A stretch of DNA of 64,000 nt from Spirochaetota bacterium (lineage in GTDB: Bacteria; Spirochaetota; UBA4802; JAFGDQ01), in NCBI GenBank assembly GCA_016934735.1, contig JAFGSG010000055.1, positions 2,111-66,110 on the forward strand, written 5' to 3'. The position numbers were made by a program, and so were the translations under genes. This document shows, piece after piece, positions 47,108 to 57,606 of this stretch. Each line of letters opens with the position of its first letter. The first letter of the stretch is position 1. The notes beneath the pieces were generated by a model. The model saw only the letters and a list, made by a program, of their open reading frames with translations. It was not told the DNA's origin and ran no database searches.

Positions 47108-48340
47108 ATGGACGATGTAGCAGTTGGTCTTGACATAGGCACGACAAAGACTTGTGCGGTAATCGGCTTCATGAATGAGAATAACCAGGTCGAGATTGCC
47201 GGAGTAGGAGTATCTCCTTCAAAAGGACTAAAGAACGGCGTTGTTGTAAATATAGATAATACTTCGTCTTCGATTATTAAGGCAGTTGAAGAAGCTGAAT
47301 TAATGGCAGGATGTGAAATTTCCGAAGTGTATGCGGGTATTACAGGCCAGCATCTGAAGGGAGAAAACTCAAGAGGGGTAGTCGCTATCTCGAACCGCAG
47401 CAGAACTATTACGCCTGCGGAGGTAAGAAGAGTAATTGACGCTGCACAGGCGGTTGTGGTGCCGGCTGACAGGGAAATTCTTCATGTGCTTTCAAAAGAA
47501 TTTTCTGTTGATGATCAGACAGGCATTAAAGATCCTATAGGGATGAACGGAGTAAGGCTGGAAGCGGAAGTGCATATTATTACTGCAGCGACTAGCAACA
47601 TTCAAAACCTTATCAAATCAATCGCGAAATCAGGTTTCCACTGCACGGATGTAATAGCATCGCCGCTCGCATGTTCTGAATCGGTCCTGAATCAGGATGA
47701 AAAAGAGCTCGGAGTTGTACTTATCGATATAGGAGGCGGTACAACGGATATAATTGTGTATTTTGAAGGCGGAGTTGCTTACTCTACCTCGCTGGCAATC
47801 GGAGGAATACATGTAACAAACGATATATCCATAGGCCTTAGAACACCTCTTGAATCAGCAGAGATGATAAAAAAGAAAGACGGATGTGCTGCGGCCGATA
47901 TTGTAGATCCTTCAGTATCGATCGAAGTTCCTTCTGTAGGCGGAAGAGCGCCGCGAAGAATATTTAAGCAGGAACTGGCGCATATAATAGAGCCGAGAAT
48001 GATGGAGATCATGGAAATGGTCGACCGCGAGCTATTAAAGAGCGGCAAAAAAGACGTGCTTGCCGCCGGTGTTGTTCTCACCGGAGGCGGTAGTATAATA
48101 GAAGGCTGTATTGAAGCTGCTGAGAGAGTTTTTAATATGCCTGTAAGAATAGGCGTCAGTAAAGCTTCTGCCGGTTTAAAGGAAGTTGTTGCTACTCCGC
48201 AATATACCAGCGGAGTAGGTTTATTGATGTATGGATTAAAAATGCGGGAATTTCAGAAGGGCAGGGTAAAAGCCGGAAGGGAAAGCAGTATATCCGGTAT
48301 TGGAAAAAAATTAAAAAGATGGTTTGAGGAATATCTGTAA
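47108..48340 (+). CDS. ftsA: Cell division protein FtsA
   Basis: GLDIGTTK, DP.GM.GVRLE, IDIGGGTT and VLTGGGS. Confidence 0.98.
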   Translation: MDDVAVGLDIGTTKTCAVIGFMNENNQVEIAGVGVSPSKGLKNGVVVNIDNTSSSIIKAVEEAELMAGCEISEVYAGITGQHLKGENSRGVVAISNRSRTITPAEVRRVIDAAQAVVVPADREILHVLSKEFSVDDQTGIKDPIGMNGVRLEAEVHIITAATSNIQNLIKSIAKSGFHCTDVIASPLACSESVLNQDEKELGVVLIDIGGGTTDIIVYFEGGVAYSTSLAIGGIHVTNDISIGLRTPLESAEMIKKKDGCAAADIVDPSVSIEVPSVGGRAPRRIFKQELAHIIEPRMMEIMEMVDRELLKSGKKDVLAAGVVLTGGGSIIEGCIEAAERVFNMPVRIGVSKASAGLKEVVATPQYTSGVGLLMYGLKMREFQKGRVKAGRESSISGIGKKLKRWFEEYL

Positions 48341-48343
48341 ATA

Positions 48344-48424
48344 CCTCAAATCCCTTTTCCCGATAAGAGAGAAGGGGGAAAATTTACCCACTCGCCCTGC
48401 GGGAGAAGGGACAGGGAGGGTAAA
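48344..48424. repeat. Tandem degenerate CCCT(C)TCCC...GGGAGAAGGG repeats
   Basis: tcccttttcccgataagagagaagggg followed by cccactcgccctgcgggagaagggacagggaggg, in the ftsA-ftsZ spacer. Confidence 0.55.
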
Positions 48425-48590
48425 GTTAGAATGTGGTCTCATTTCTTTAAAATTATAAGATTAGAATCAGGCCTTATGAGACATAATAGTTAAACTTGTT
48501 TTTTACAGTCTTTTTATTTTAGTTTTATATGCTTTAAGTTTTTTACAAGAGTTCGGCAGAAATAAAAAATATTAAACACAGGGGGCAGTT

Positions 48591-49772
48591 ATGTTTAGAT
48601 TAGAAGAAGAAAAAGAGTTAACAACAACAATTAAAGTAATAGGTGTCGGAGGTGCAGGGAATAATGCGGTTAATAGAATGATATCCACAGGAATGGAGGG
48701 TGTGGATTTTATTGTTGTAAATACTGACGCCCAGCAGCTTAAGGATTCGCTTGCACCCGTAAAAATTCAGATAGGCAATAAATTGACAAGAGGCCTGGGT
48801 GCGGGTGCGGATCCACAGGTTGGTAAAGACGCAGCAAACGAGGACAGAGATAAAATCCAAAAAGCCCTGAAGGGAGCTGATATGGTATTTGTTACAGCAG
48901 GCATGGGCGGCGGAACAGGAACAGGTGCTGCACCTGTAGTTGCGGAAGTTGCCAAAGAAAATAATTCTCTGGTTGTCGGCGTTGTAACAAAACCGTTCAG
49001 GGTTGAAGGAAAAAAAAGAATGGATAGAGCCATGGAAGGCATTAGTAACCTCAAGTCAAAAGTTGACACCCTGATTACAATTCCAAACGATCTGCTCCTT
49101 AAAATAATAGACCGGAAGACACCGATAGAGGAAGCTTTCAAATTAGCGGATGATATTTTAAGACAGGGTGTACAGGGCATAGCGGATCTTATTATGGTGA
49201 CCGGCATTGTTAATGTGGATTTTGCCGATGTAAGAACTGTAATGAAAGAGACTGGCGACGCACTTATGGGCGTCGGGATCGGTTCAGGGGAAAACAAGGC
49301 GATCGAAGCAACACAGATGGCCATAAACAGCCCGCTTCTCGAAGAAATAAGCATTGAAGGCGCAAAGGCTGTTTTAATTAACATAGCCGGCGGGAACGAT
49401 CTCTCTCTGCATGAAGTGAATGAGGTAACGGACATTATTACCCGACAGGTTGACACCGAAGCTAACATTATATTCGGAACAACTATTGACGCGGCTCTTG
49501 ATGACAGAATGCGTGTAACAGTCATCGCGACCGGATTCGATAAAAAGAGAAATCTTCTGAATAAAAAACCGGTAAGGGAGATGGATACAAAAACAGGCAC
49601 TTCTTTGACGCTAATAGAAGGCAGAGACTCTGGCAGAGATGAGGGAATGGAAAAACGTATTCCGGGAATGCATACATTTTCTTTGGACTATGAAAAAAAG
49701 AGAGCCAAGGATTATAATTTGGAAGATCTTGAGATACCTGCTTTTTTACGCCGCAGCGGGGAAGCACACTGA
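48591..49772 (+). CDS. ftsZ: Cell division protein FtsZ
   Basis: [25 protein letters not shown] and C-terminal IPAFLR. Confidence 0.99.
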   Translation: MFRLEEEKELTTTIKVIGVGGAGNNAVNRMISTGMEGVDFIVVNTDAQQLKDSLAPVKIQIGNKLTRGLGAGADPQVGKDAANEDRDKIQKALKGADMVFVTAGMGGGTGTGAAPVVAEVAKENNSLVVGVVTKPFRVEGKKRMDRAMEGISNLKSKVDTLITIPNDLLLKIIDRKTPIEEAFKLADDILRQGVQGIADLIMVTGIVNVDFADVRTVMKETGDALMGVGIGSGENKAIEATQMAINSPLLEEISIEGAKAVLINIAGGNDLSLHEVNEVTDIITRQVDTEANIIFGTTIDAALDDRMRVTVIATGFDKKRNLLNKKPVREMDTKTGTSLTLIEGRDSGRDEGMEKRIPGMHTFSLDYEKKRAKDYNLEDLEIPAFLRRSGEAH

Positions 49773-49810
49773 CCACTGAAATATTTTAGCAGGGAAGCAT
49801 TGCTAGTAAA

Positions 49811-50476
49811 ATGAAAAAATGCATAAAAGATATGCCGGAGTTTTCACGTCCTCGCGAGAAACTTAAGGAACGCGGGCCGGAAGCGCTTTCTGCTGCAGAA
49901 CTGATTGCTGTGATTTTAGGCAGCGGCAATAAAGGTCAGGATGTAATGGCGCTTTCCGCAAAAATTGCAAAATTAATAACGGATAAAAAAGGCGGTCTGT
50001 CTCTTGATGACCTGTTAAGTATTGATGGCATAGGCCTTGCTAAAGCCTGTCAGGTGCTGTCCGGATTTGAACTTGCGAGAAGATATATATCAAAAGAAAG
50101 AGTGACTATAACCGCGCCTGAACACGTACTGCCTTTGCTATCGGACATTGTCGCAAAACAGCAGGAGTATTTCATTTGCATTTCACTTAATGGGGCAAAT
50201 GAACTAATTGAAAAAAGACTAATTACTGTAGGACTTTTGAATAACTGACAGGTGCATCCGAGGGAAGTTTTCGCTGATGTAATTACAGACAGGGCAGCCT
50301 CAGTAATATTCGCTCACAATCATCCTTCCGGAGAGCTGAATCCAAGCAGAAGCGATCTGGAAATCCAGGAACAGCTTACGCAGGCCGGCAAAATTCTCGG
50401 AATAAATATAATTGATCACATAATAATTTCAAAACGGGGATATTACAGTTTTCAGGAAAACGGATTAATTAATTAA
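49811..50476 (+). pseudogene. radC: RadC/JAB-domain protein interrupted by an in-frame TGA (50246-50248)
   Basis: RPREKL...GIG.AKA, then GLLNN*QVHPREVF...AHNHPSG...DHII, all in one frame. Confidence 0.85.
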
Positions 50477-50485
50477 AGTGAATTA

Positions 50486-51046
50486 TTACCTGATAAGAGC
50501 TTTTCCAAAGCTGTCAAGATAAGTCATTGTATCAAGTGTTTTTCTGCTGGGCCCTGTTTTATCTTTTTCAGCAGATTTTCCTATAGGGATTATCACTACA
50601 ACTTCATTATCTTCGGGCACGCTTAAAATACTTTTACAGCTTTGATGGTCCAGCAGGCCCACTATGACTGTAGCAAGGCCTAAGTCGTGCGCCCTGAGGC
50701 AGAGGTTCTGTACTGCAAGCCCCACATCGAACATAAACCAGTTATTCAGGCAGGTTGCATCAAGTCCATTGCTGCATCCTGATAGGCCTTTTTTGGCGCA
50801 TGTCGCGATAAGCGCCGAAGCTGTAGCCGCGCACTGTCTTGCCGGATTTGTTTTTGAGAACGTATTGCTTATTTGTTCCATGATATTCCTGTCTCTTATA
50901 ACCACAAATGACCACACCTGTAAGTTTTTCCAGGAAGGAGCCCATCGTGCTGCTTCAATGACTTCTTTTATCTCTTCATCGGTTACATAATAGTCAGTAA
51001 ATTTTCTTATACTTCTTCTTTTCAATATCGCTTCTTTAAGTTCCAT
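50486..51046 (-). CDS. Nitroreductase family protein
   Basis: RRSIRKF and APSWKN.Q.W.F motifs. SD GGAGG. Confidence 0.92.
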   Translation of the reverse strand: MELKEAILKRRSIRKFTDYYVTDEEIKEVIEAARWAPSWKNLQVWSFVVIRDRNIMEQISNTFSKTNPARQCAATASALIATCAKKGLSGCSNGLDATCLNNWFMFDVGLAVQNLCLRAHDLGLATVIVGLLDHQSCKSILSVPEDNEVVVIIPIGKSAEKDKTGPSRKTLDTMTYLDSFGKALIR

Positions 51047-51206
51047 ACAGTACCTCCAAATAGTTAATAAGAATTAATATATATTTTCTAAATTGGATTG
51101 TTAATAATGTCTACAATAATAATTAAAATTGAAAACATAATAACTTGACTGATAATCCTGATTCTGTTCAATAAGTATGAAATATTAATGTTTTTTAGGG
51201 GATAAG

Positions 51207-54119
51207 ATGACAGAAACATACGGATTTGAAATTTTAAAGAAACAAAAGATAAAAGAACTTAATTGTGATGCTTTATTCTTTAAGCATATAAAAACAGGCG
51301 CCGAACTGTTATCAATAGTAAATGATGACGAGAATAAAGTATTCGGCATCACTTTCCGTACGCCCCCCGGCGACTCAACAGGAGTTCCGCATATACTTGA
51401 ACATTCGGTTTTATGCGGTTCAAGAAAATATTCTGTTAAGGAACCTTTTGTTGAACTTCTAAAAGGGTCGTTACAGACATTTCTTAATGCTTTTACTTAT
51501 CCGGACAAGACATGCTATCCGGTCGCGAGCCAGAATCTGAAGGATTTCTATAATCTGGTTGATGTATATCTTGATGCGGTTTTTTATCCCCGCATTACCA
51601 AATGGATTTTCCAGCAGGAAGGATGGCATTATGAGCTTAATGAGGCTGAAGAGCCTCTAATAATAAAGGGGGTTGTATACAATGAGATGAAAGGAGCGTA
51701 CTCTTCTCCGGACAGTCTTCTGGCGCAGTATTCCCAGCAGTCTCTTTTTCCGGATAACGCGTACAGTATGGAGTCGGGCGGTGATCCCAGGATAATTCCG
51801 CAGCTTACTTATGAGAGCTTTCTTGATTTTCATAAAAAACTATATCATCCTTCAAATTCCAGGATATTCTTTTACGGCGATGATGATCCGGAAAACCGGT
51901 TAAAGCTGTTGAATGAATATCTTAAAGATTTTAGCAAAATACATGTCTCTTCCGCCATTGATCTTCAGAAAAAATTTAAAGATCCCTTGAAGCTTGAGGT
52001 TCCGTTTGTGGCTGAAGCTGGAGAAGGCAAAGCCCCGACCGGTATGATTACGGTAAACTGGATGCTTGGCGAGACAACGGATATTGAGACCAATGTTGGG
52101 CTGCAGGTGCTGACATATATACTGCTTGGAATGCCTGCATCTCCGCTAAGAAAAGCTCTCATTGAATCCGGCCTTGGTGAAAGACTTGCTGGCGTGGGTA
52201 TTGAGAACGAACTGCGGCAGATGTATTTTTCTGCCGGATTAAAGGGGATTGAAGTAAAGGACGCGGCTCTGGTTGAAAAGCTAATCGATAATACGCTTTC
52301 CGATTTGAAGACAAACGGCCTTGATAAGCTGACAATAGAAGCAGCGTTCAATACGATTGAATTTGCTTTGCGTGAAAATAATTCCGGAAGTTATCCCCGC
52401 GGGCTGTCTCTTATGCTCAAGTCTCTCACTACATGGCTTTATGATTCTGATCCGCTTGCCCTTGTAGCGTTTGAAAATCCCCTGCAGAATCTGAAAGCGA
52501 GGTACGCTTCCGATCCTTCGCTGTTTGCAAAGATGATCGATCAATATCTGCTGAGCAATCTTCACCGTACAACCGTGATCCTAAAGCCGGACGCGAATCT
52601 GGCGGAAAAAGAGCGTACGAGGGAACTCGATCTGCTTAACCGGAAAAAGAAATCTATGAGCAGGGACGATATCCTGTATTTAATAAAGAATACACAGGAA
52701 TTAAAGCAAATGCAGGAGACCCCGGACAGCGCAGAAGCTGTTGCCGCTATCCCGTTTCTCAGGCTCTCAGAGATAGATAAAAAGAACAGGAATATTCCTC
52801 TAAGCTGTGAAAAGAAAAAAGTTGACTTGTTTTATCATGATCTTTCTACGAACGGGATATTGTATTTTGATCTGGGACTCCGCATAAACGCACTTCCGCA
52901 GAAGTATCTGCCGTATATGACAGTTTTTGGAAAGGCGTTGCAGGAGATGGGCACTGAAAAAGAGGACTATGTTTCTTTTTCACAACGCATCAGCCGGAAA
53001 ACCGGAGGAATAAGCAGAAGTCTTTTTTCATCTCTTATTAAGGATACTGACAGTCCTGTTTCGTGGATGTTCATTCGGGGCAAGGCTCTAACGAATCAAT
53101 TCGGCGACATGCTGGATATTCTTTCGGACATGCTGTTCAAAGTCCGCTTCGATAACCGCGAAAGATTTAAACAGATTGTACTGGAAACCAAGTCCGCGCT
53201 TGAACAGAGCATTATACCTGCGGGCAACAGATACGTGAACGTGCGGATCAACTCGCATTTCAACAAAGCGGCCTGGGCAGAAGAACAGATGAGCGGTATA
53301 AGTTCGCTTTTTTTCCTTAGAGATATTACTGATAAAATTGATAACGATTGGCCCCATGTTCTTCGCGATCTTGAGGAGATATATCGTACCCTTGTCTGCT
53401 CAGGAAATATTCTGATAAACACCGCAATAGATGAAAAGAACTGGACGCTGATTAATAAACCTCTTTACGGGTTTATGGATTCTCTCCCTGCAGGCACTTC
53501 CGATCCTGAGCATTGGTCGCCTGTAAATCGGTCTGAATTTGAGGGACTCGTAATTCCCGCGCAGGTCAATTATGTGGGTAAAGGCTCTAATCTGTACAGG
53601 CTGGGTTATTCGTATAACGGCAGTATAAATGTGATAAGTCATTTTTTAAGAACAAGCTACCTCTGGGATAATGTGCGTGTCCAGGGCGGGGCATACGGAG
53701 CTATGTGCCAGTTTAACCGTATGTCCGGGGTAATGTCATTTGTATCGTACAGGGATCCTAATCTTAAGAAGACGCTGGACATATTCAGTAAGGCAGCTCT
53801 GTTCTTAAAGAATTTGAATATTTCCGATGTCGAACTTCAGAAAAGTATCATAGGCGCCATTGGAGACATTGACTCCTACATGCTGCCCGATGTAAAAAGC
53901 TACACTTCACTGCTGCGTTCTCTTAGCGGCAATTCGGACGAGGACAGGCAAATCGCGCGTGACCAGATATTGGGGACGTCGCCGGCAGATTTTAAAGCTT
54001 TCGCTGATGTATTGGAGAATGCCTGCGGAAACAGCATTGTTAAGATAATGGGCGGCCGGAATGCTTTCGAAGAAGCATACAGTAGTGATGAAATGCCGGA
54101 ACTTGTGAAAGTTCTGTAA
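51207..54119 (+). CDS. M16C metallopeptidase (presequence protease PreP-like)
   Basis: HILEH (HxxEH), FLNAFTYPDKT.YP, GVVYNEMKG, R.QGGAYG and SYRDP. Confidence 0.95.
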   Translation: MTETYGFEILKKQKIKELNCDALFFKHIKTGAELLSIVNDDENKVFGITFRTPPGDSTGVPHILEHSVLCGSRKYSVKEPFVELLKGSLQTFLNAFTYPDKTCYPVASQNLKDFYNLVDVYLDAVFYPRITKWIFQQEGWHYELNEAEEPLIIKGVVYNEMKGAYSSPDSLLAQYSQQSLFPDNAYSMESGGDPRIIPQLTYESFLDFHKKLYHPSNSRIFFYGDDDPENRLKLLNEYLKDFSKIHVSSAIDLQKKFKDPLKLEVPFVAEAGEGKAPTGMITVNWMLGETTDIETNVGLQVLTYILLGMPASPLRKALIESGLGERLAGVGIENELRQMYFSAGLKGIEVKDAALVEKLIDNTLSDLKTNGLDKLTIEAAFNTIEFALRENNSGSYPRGLSLMLKSLTTWLYDSDPLALVAFENPLQNLKARYASDPSLFAKMIDQYLLSNLHRTTVILKPDANLAEKERTRELDLLNRKKKSMSRDDILYLIKNTQELKQMQETPDSAEAVAAIPFLRLSEIDKKNRNIPLSCEKKKVDLFYHDLSTNGILYFDLGLRINALPQKYLPYMTVFGKALQEMGTEKEDYVSFSQRISRKTGGISRSLFSSLIKDTDSPVSWMFIRGKALTNQFGDMLDILSDMLFKVRFDNRERFKQIVLETKSALEQSIIPAGNRYVNVRINSHFNKAAWAEEQMSGISSLFFLRDITDKIDNDWPHVLRDLEEIYRTLVCSGNILINTAIDEKNWTLINKPLYGFMDSLPAGTSDPEHWSPVNRSEFEGLVIPAQVNYVGKGSNLYRLGYSYNGSINVISHFLRTSYLWDNVRVQGGAYGAMCQFNRMSGVMSFVSYRDPNLKKTLDIFSKAALFLKNLNISDVELQKSIIGAIGDIDSYMLPDVKSYTSLLRSLSGNSDEDRQIARDQILGTSPADFKAFADVLENACGNSIVKIMGGRNAFEEAYSSDEMPELVKVL

Positions 54120-54248
54120 ATTAAATTTTTATTTTATGCACTCGCCCGTGCAGAACATCGGATGTCCCAAGGAGCGGCTCTTCGCACAGGGTGGCGGCGC
54201 GCTAGCGCCAGCCGGGGGAGGGCGTAAAGTAAAGTATGTTTATAAAAA

Positions 54249-54899
54249 TCAATCGGCAGTCGGTTTTTCCGGTTCAGAAAAACCGAGCGGATATTTTACT
54301 CCTATATTAATCACGATCCCCGACATATCTATCTCGAGATTGCCTTTGGAAAGTTTTGCGCTTCTGTAACCAGTTTCTGCAATAAATCTGATTTTCGATG
54401 AGTGTCCCGGATTGTACGACATGCCTAAAATAAGCTGCCATGTCAATCCGTGGAAAAGTTTTGTTTTAGTTTCGGATGACTCAGTTCCATGATCGGGTAT
54501 TGTATAATGAAGAATCATGAAAGAATAACCAAGGCCAAGTGTTAAATATGGTATTATGTGAAATTTACTTTCCATGTTCGGCAGACGTATCTGGGCGGCA
54601 GCGAGTACGGGAATAATATATGCATTAGAATCTGCCTTCACATTGGCTGAAACCTCTCCAACCTCTTCGCTGCTTAGCTTTCTTTCCCATCTTGCCCAGT
54701 AAATACCGGGTTCAAAACCAAGTGCAAAAAACGGATCAAGGTCTGCAAGCCATAAAAAATTAAGCTGCCATCCGAATTTTTCCGGATCCTGGGCATAGCC
54801 GGTACCGAGCTTCCCGTCCAGGGTTTTGGCGTACGGAAAAGCATTTGTAGAAATAAAAATTGTTAATAAAATAAACGAAATAAAGATAATGTTTTTCAT
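54249..54899 (-). CDS. Outer-membrane beta-barrel domain protein
   Basis: Signal peptide, PY..LGLGY and alternating amphipathic strands. Confidence 0.65.
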   Translation of the reverse strand: MKNIIFISFILLTIFISTNAFPYAKTLDGKLGTGYAQDPEKFGWQLNFLWLADLDPFFALGFEPGIYWARWERKLSSEEVGEVSANVKADSNAYIIPVLAAAQIRLPNMESKFHIIPYLTLGLGYSFMILHYTIPDHGTESSETKTKLFHGLTWQLILGMSYNPGHSSKIRFIAETGYRSAKLSKGNLEIDMSGIVINIGVKYPLGFSEPEKPTAD

Positions 54900-55052
54900 T
54901 CTGAGCGTCTCCTGAATGGTACTGATAATTCTTAATAATATTTATCGGAATTTTATTAGGCCATATAAGTATGGAAACGAACTATATTGCCTATCATAAA
55001 AAGATAATAATATTAAAAATTATTTCAATTGTTTTGCTTAATTTTATGGATA

Positions 55053-56108
55053 TTATTTTTTTTCAGGTATATACGTGCAGTATGGCTCCTCATCAAAGTA
55101 ATCACCTGTCGCGTAATATGCCCGGGCCCTGCATCCAGCGCATACAGCCTTATAGTCGCATGCTCCGCATTTGCCTTTAAGGTTCCCGAGATCCCGTAAT
55201 TCATTAAATAGTTTTGATTCTTCCCATATTTCTTTAAATGGTTTTCTAGTGACATTACCTGCGTTAACGGGAAGATATCCGCACGGCTGTACATCGCCTG
55301 TATTTGAAATAAAGCAGACTCCGGTACCGGCGAGACAGCCTCTTGTCATTGCTGCCATACCGTCGGTCTGTACCGAAACGGTCCTGCCTTCTTCTTTTGC
55401 TTTCTGACGAATGATCCTGTAATATGGCGGGGCGCAGGTTGCTTTAAAATCCAGATTTGTAGTTTTCATACGTTCGTAAAGCCAGATTAAAGTTTTTTCA
55501 TATTCTTCCTTTGGAAGCATATCTGTATATGCAATTTCTGCTCCACATCCGACCGGAACAAGCATAAATATATGCAGTGCCTTTGCTCCGGCTTTTTCGC
55601 TAAGAAGAATAATTTCATCTAGGTCTTCGACGTTTCGTTTGGTAATGGTTGTGTTGAACTGGAATTCAACGCCGGCATCTCTTAATAATGAGGCTCCTTT
55701 AATTGCTTTATTAAAAGAACCATTTATTCCGCGAAATGCATCATGTGAGTTGGCGTCTTTACCGTCAATGGAAATGCTTACTCTGCTGATTCCGGATTTT
55801 TTTATTTTAAGCGCAGTATCCTTGTCTATAAGCGTGCCATTAGTGGCAAGGGCAACGTGAAAGCCTTTGTTATTCGCGTATTCAGCAATCGTAAAGATAT
55901 CTTTCCTGAAAAGAGGTTCACCGCCTGTTAATATGAGAATCGGCTTTGCGAATGACGCGATGTCATCAATAATATGCATTATATTGTCAGTATCAAGTTC
56001 GCCTTTAAATGTTCCATTATCTGCGGAAGCTCTGCAGTGAACGCATTTTAAATTACAGCTCTTTGTCAGTTCCCAGAAAACAAGCCTTGGCTTATCCGAT
56101 TTAATCAT
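55053..56108 (-). CDS. ahbD: Radical SAM heme b synthase (Fe-coproporphyrin III decarboxylase), AhbD-like
   Basis: WELTKSCNLKCVHCRA, KATCAP.YYRI.RQ, AMTRGCLAG, QPCGYL and SPASM GKCG.C.Y..VC.GCRARA. Adjacent to hemA. Confidence 0.85.
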   Translation of the reverse strand: MIKSDKPRLVFWELTKSCNLKCVHCRASADNGTFKGELDTDNIMHIIDDIASFAKPILILTGGEPLFRKDIFTIAEYANNKGFHVALATNGTLIDKDTALKIKKSGISRVSISIDGKDANSHDAFRGINGSFNKAIKGASLLRDAGVEFQFNTTITKRNVEDLDEIILLSEKAGAKALHIFMLVPVGCGAEIAYTDMLPKEEYEKTLIWLYERMKTTNLDFKATCAPPYYRIIRQKAKEEGRTVSVQTDGMAAMTRGCLAGTGVCFISNTGDVQPCGYLPVNAGNVTRKPFKEIWEESKLFNELRDLGNLKGKCGACDYKAVCAGCRARAYYATGDYFDEEPYCTYIPEKK

Positions 56109-57412
56109 ATACCTTTACCGAATAGTTGTTCAATGATTTTTATGTTTTCTTTTATTTTTTTCTTTTCTTTAGAGGCATACGACGTATAGCCTTTGATATA
56201 CATGATAGGATCATGGAGCGTTCTGGTCATTATTTGAATGGTTAGATTATCAATTATTTCCAGATCTTTCGCAGATAAATGTTTAAGCTTTCTTTTCGCA
56301 TATTTATTAAATTCATGTTTCCTTATCTCGTCAAATTTATTCCGGATATTAATAATGGCCGGTACAATAGCCAGGTTTTCATACCATTCATAAAATTTTT
56401 CAGCATCCGACTCAATCAGGCTCTCGGCTGCTTTGAGTTCATTGAGCCTGCTTTTTAAATTTTCATCGGCAATATTTTTCAGGTTATCTATATTATAAAG
56501 ATAAATATTTTCCAGTTTGCCTGCTGCGGGATCAATATTCCTCGGTACCGCGATATCTATAATAAACAATGGGTTATTGTTTTTCTGCTTCAAGATATGT
56601 TTTGCTGTTTCTTTTGTGATAATATATTCAATGGAAGCGGAGGACGCAATTATTATATCCGTTTTTTCGGCTTGGTTTTCAATATCATCAAGTGTGATCA
56701 CATTGGCTTTTATGTTTAATCTGTCAATAATACTCTGTGCGTTATGGAAAGACCTGTTAGCAATTGTTATATCATTTATTTTATATTTCGTAAGATATTT
56801 CAGTATCAGCTCTCCCATTTCACCAGCACCAATAAGAAGAGCTTTGCGTTTCGACAATCCCTTAAAAATGTTATTTGCTAACTCTACAGCGATAAATGCA
56901 ATGGAGAGTGGATTTTTTGCTATGGCGGTTTCAGTCCGTACTAATTTCGCAGTCCTGAATGCCTGATGGAACAGCTTATTTAAAATAGTGCCGGTTTTAT
57001 TAATAATGGCAGAGTTTCTGTAAGCGTCTTTAACCTGGCTCAGAATTTCATTCTCGCCAAGTACCATGGAATCCAGAGATGAAGCAACAGTGAGTAGATG
57101 AATAACGGCATCTTTGGAAAATTTTTTATACAGAATATTTTCCAATTTTGTTATAGACGACGATGATATTTCCCCAAGTGTTTTTATCAGGCCTTCAGCC
57201 GAATGATCCATATTTACGGAAGTAAAATAGATTTCCACTCTGTTGCATGTCGATATACATACAATTTCTTCAATACCGATTGATTCTGCTCTTTCAATAA
57301 CCTTGGATAATTTACTATCATCAAGCGAAAATTTTTCTCTGATATGAATCGGCGCTGTCTTATGGCTTATCCCGATCAAACCGATATCGGGGATTTTTTT
57401 TATTTTTTTCAT
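56105..57412 (-). CDS. hemA: Glutamyl-tRNA reductase
   Basis: HKTAP..IRE, STCNRVE, SLDSMVLGE.EI..Q, GAGEMG and DIAVPRNI. Confidence 0.97.
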   Translation of the reverse strand: MKKIKKIPDIGLIGISHKTAPIHIREKFSLDDSKLSKVIERAESIGIEEIVCISTCNRVEIYFTSVNMDHSAEGLIKTLGEISSSSITKLENILYKKFSKDAVIHLLTVASSLDSMVLGENEILSQVKDAYRNSAIINKTGTILNKLFHQAFRTAKLVRTETAIAKNPLSIAFIAVELANNIFKGLSKRKALLIGAGEMGELILKYLTKYKINDITIANRSFHNAQSIIDRLNIKANVITLDDIENQAEKTDIIIASSASIEYIITKETAKHILKQKNNNPLFIIDIAVPRNIDPAAGKLENIYLYNIDNLKNIADENLKSRLNELKAAESLIESDAEKFYEWYENLAIVPAIINIRNKFDEIRKHEFNKYAKRKLKHLSAKDLEIIDNLTIQIMTRTLHDPIMYIKGYTSYASKEKKKIKENIKIIEQLFGKGI

Positions 57413-57606
57413 ATTTGTATAATGCTGGTTCTAAGTAAAAAAATAATAAATTTGACTTTTATTTTGCCATAGTTAGATACAATCAAATAACATGTATTTA
57501 TTATCAACAAATTTAACGCGTAATGAAGAATTTATTATTCTTGAAATATATCATATATCTGAAATAAATATATTCTTTTCGCGGATAATATCTGAAGAGT
57601 AATTGA

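Noticed and set aside
54136-54369. 77-aa plus-strand ORF
   Set aside because: It consists of the GC-rich structured element plus antisense overlap with the beta-barrel gene.
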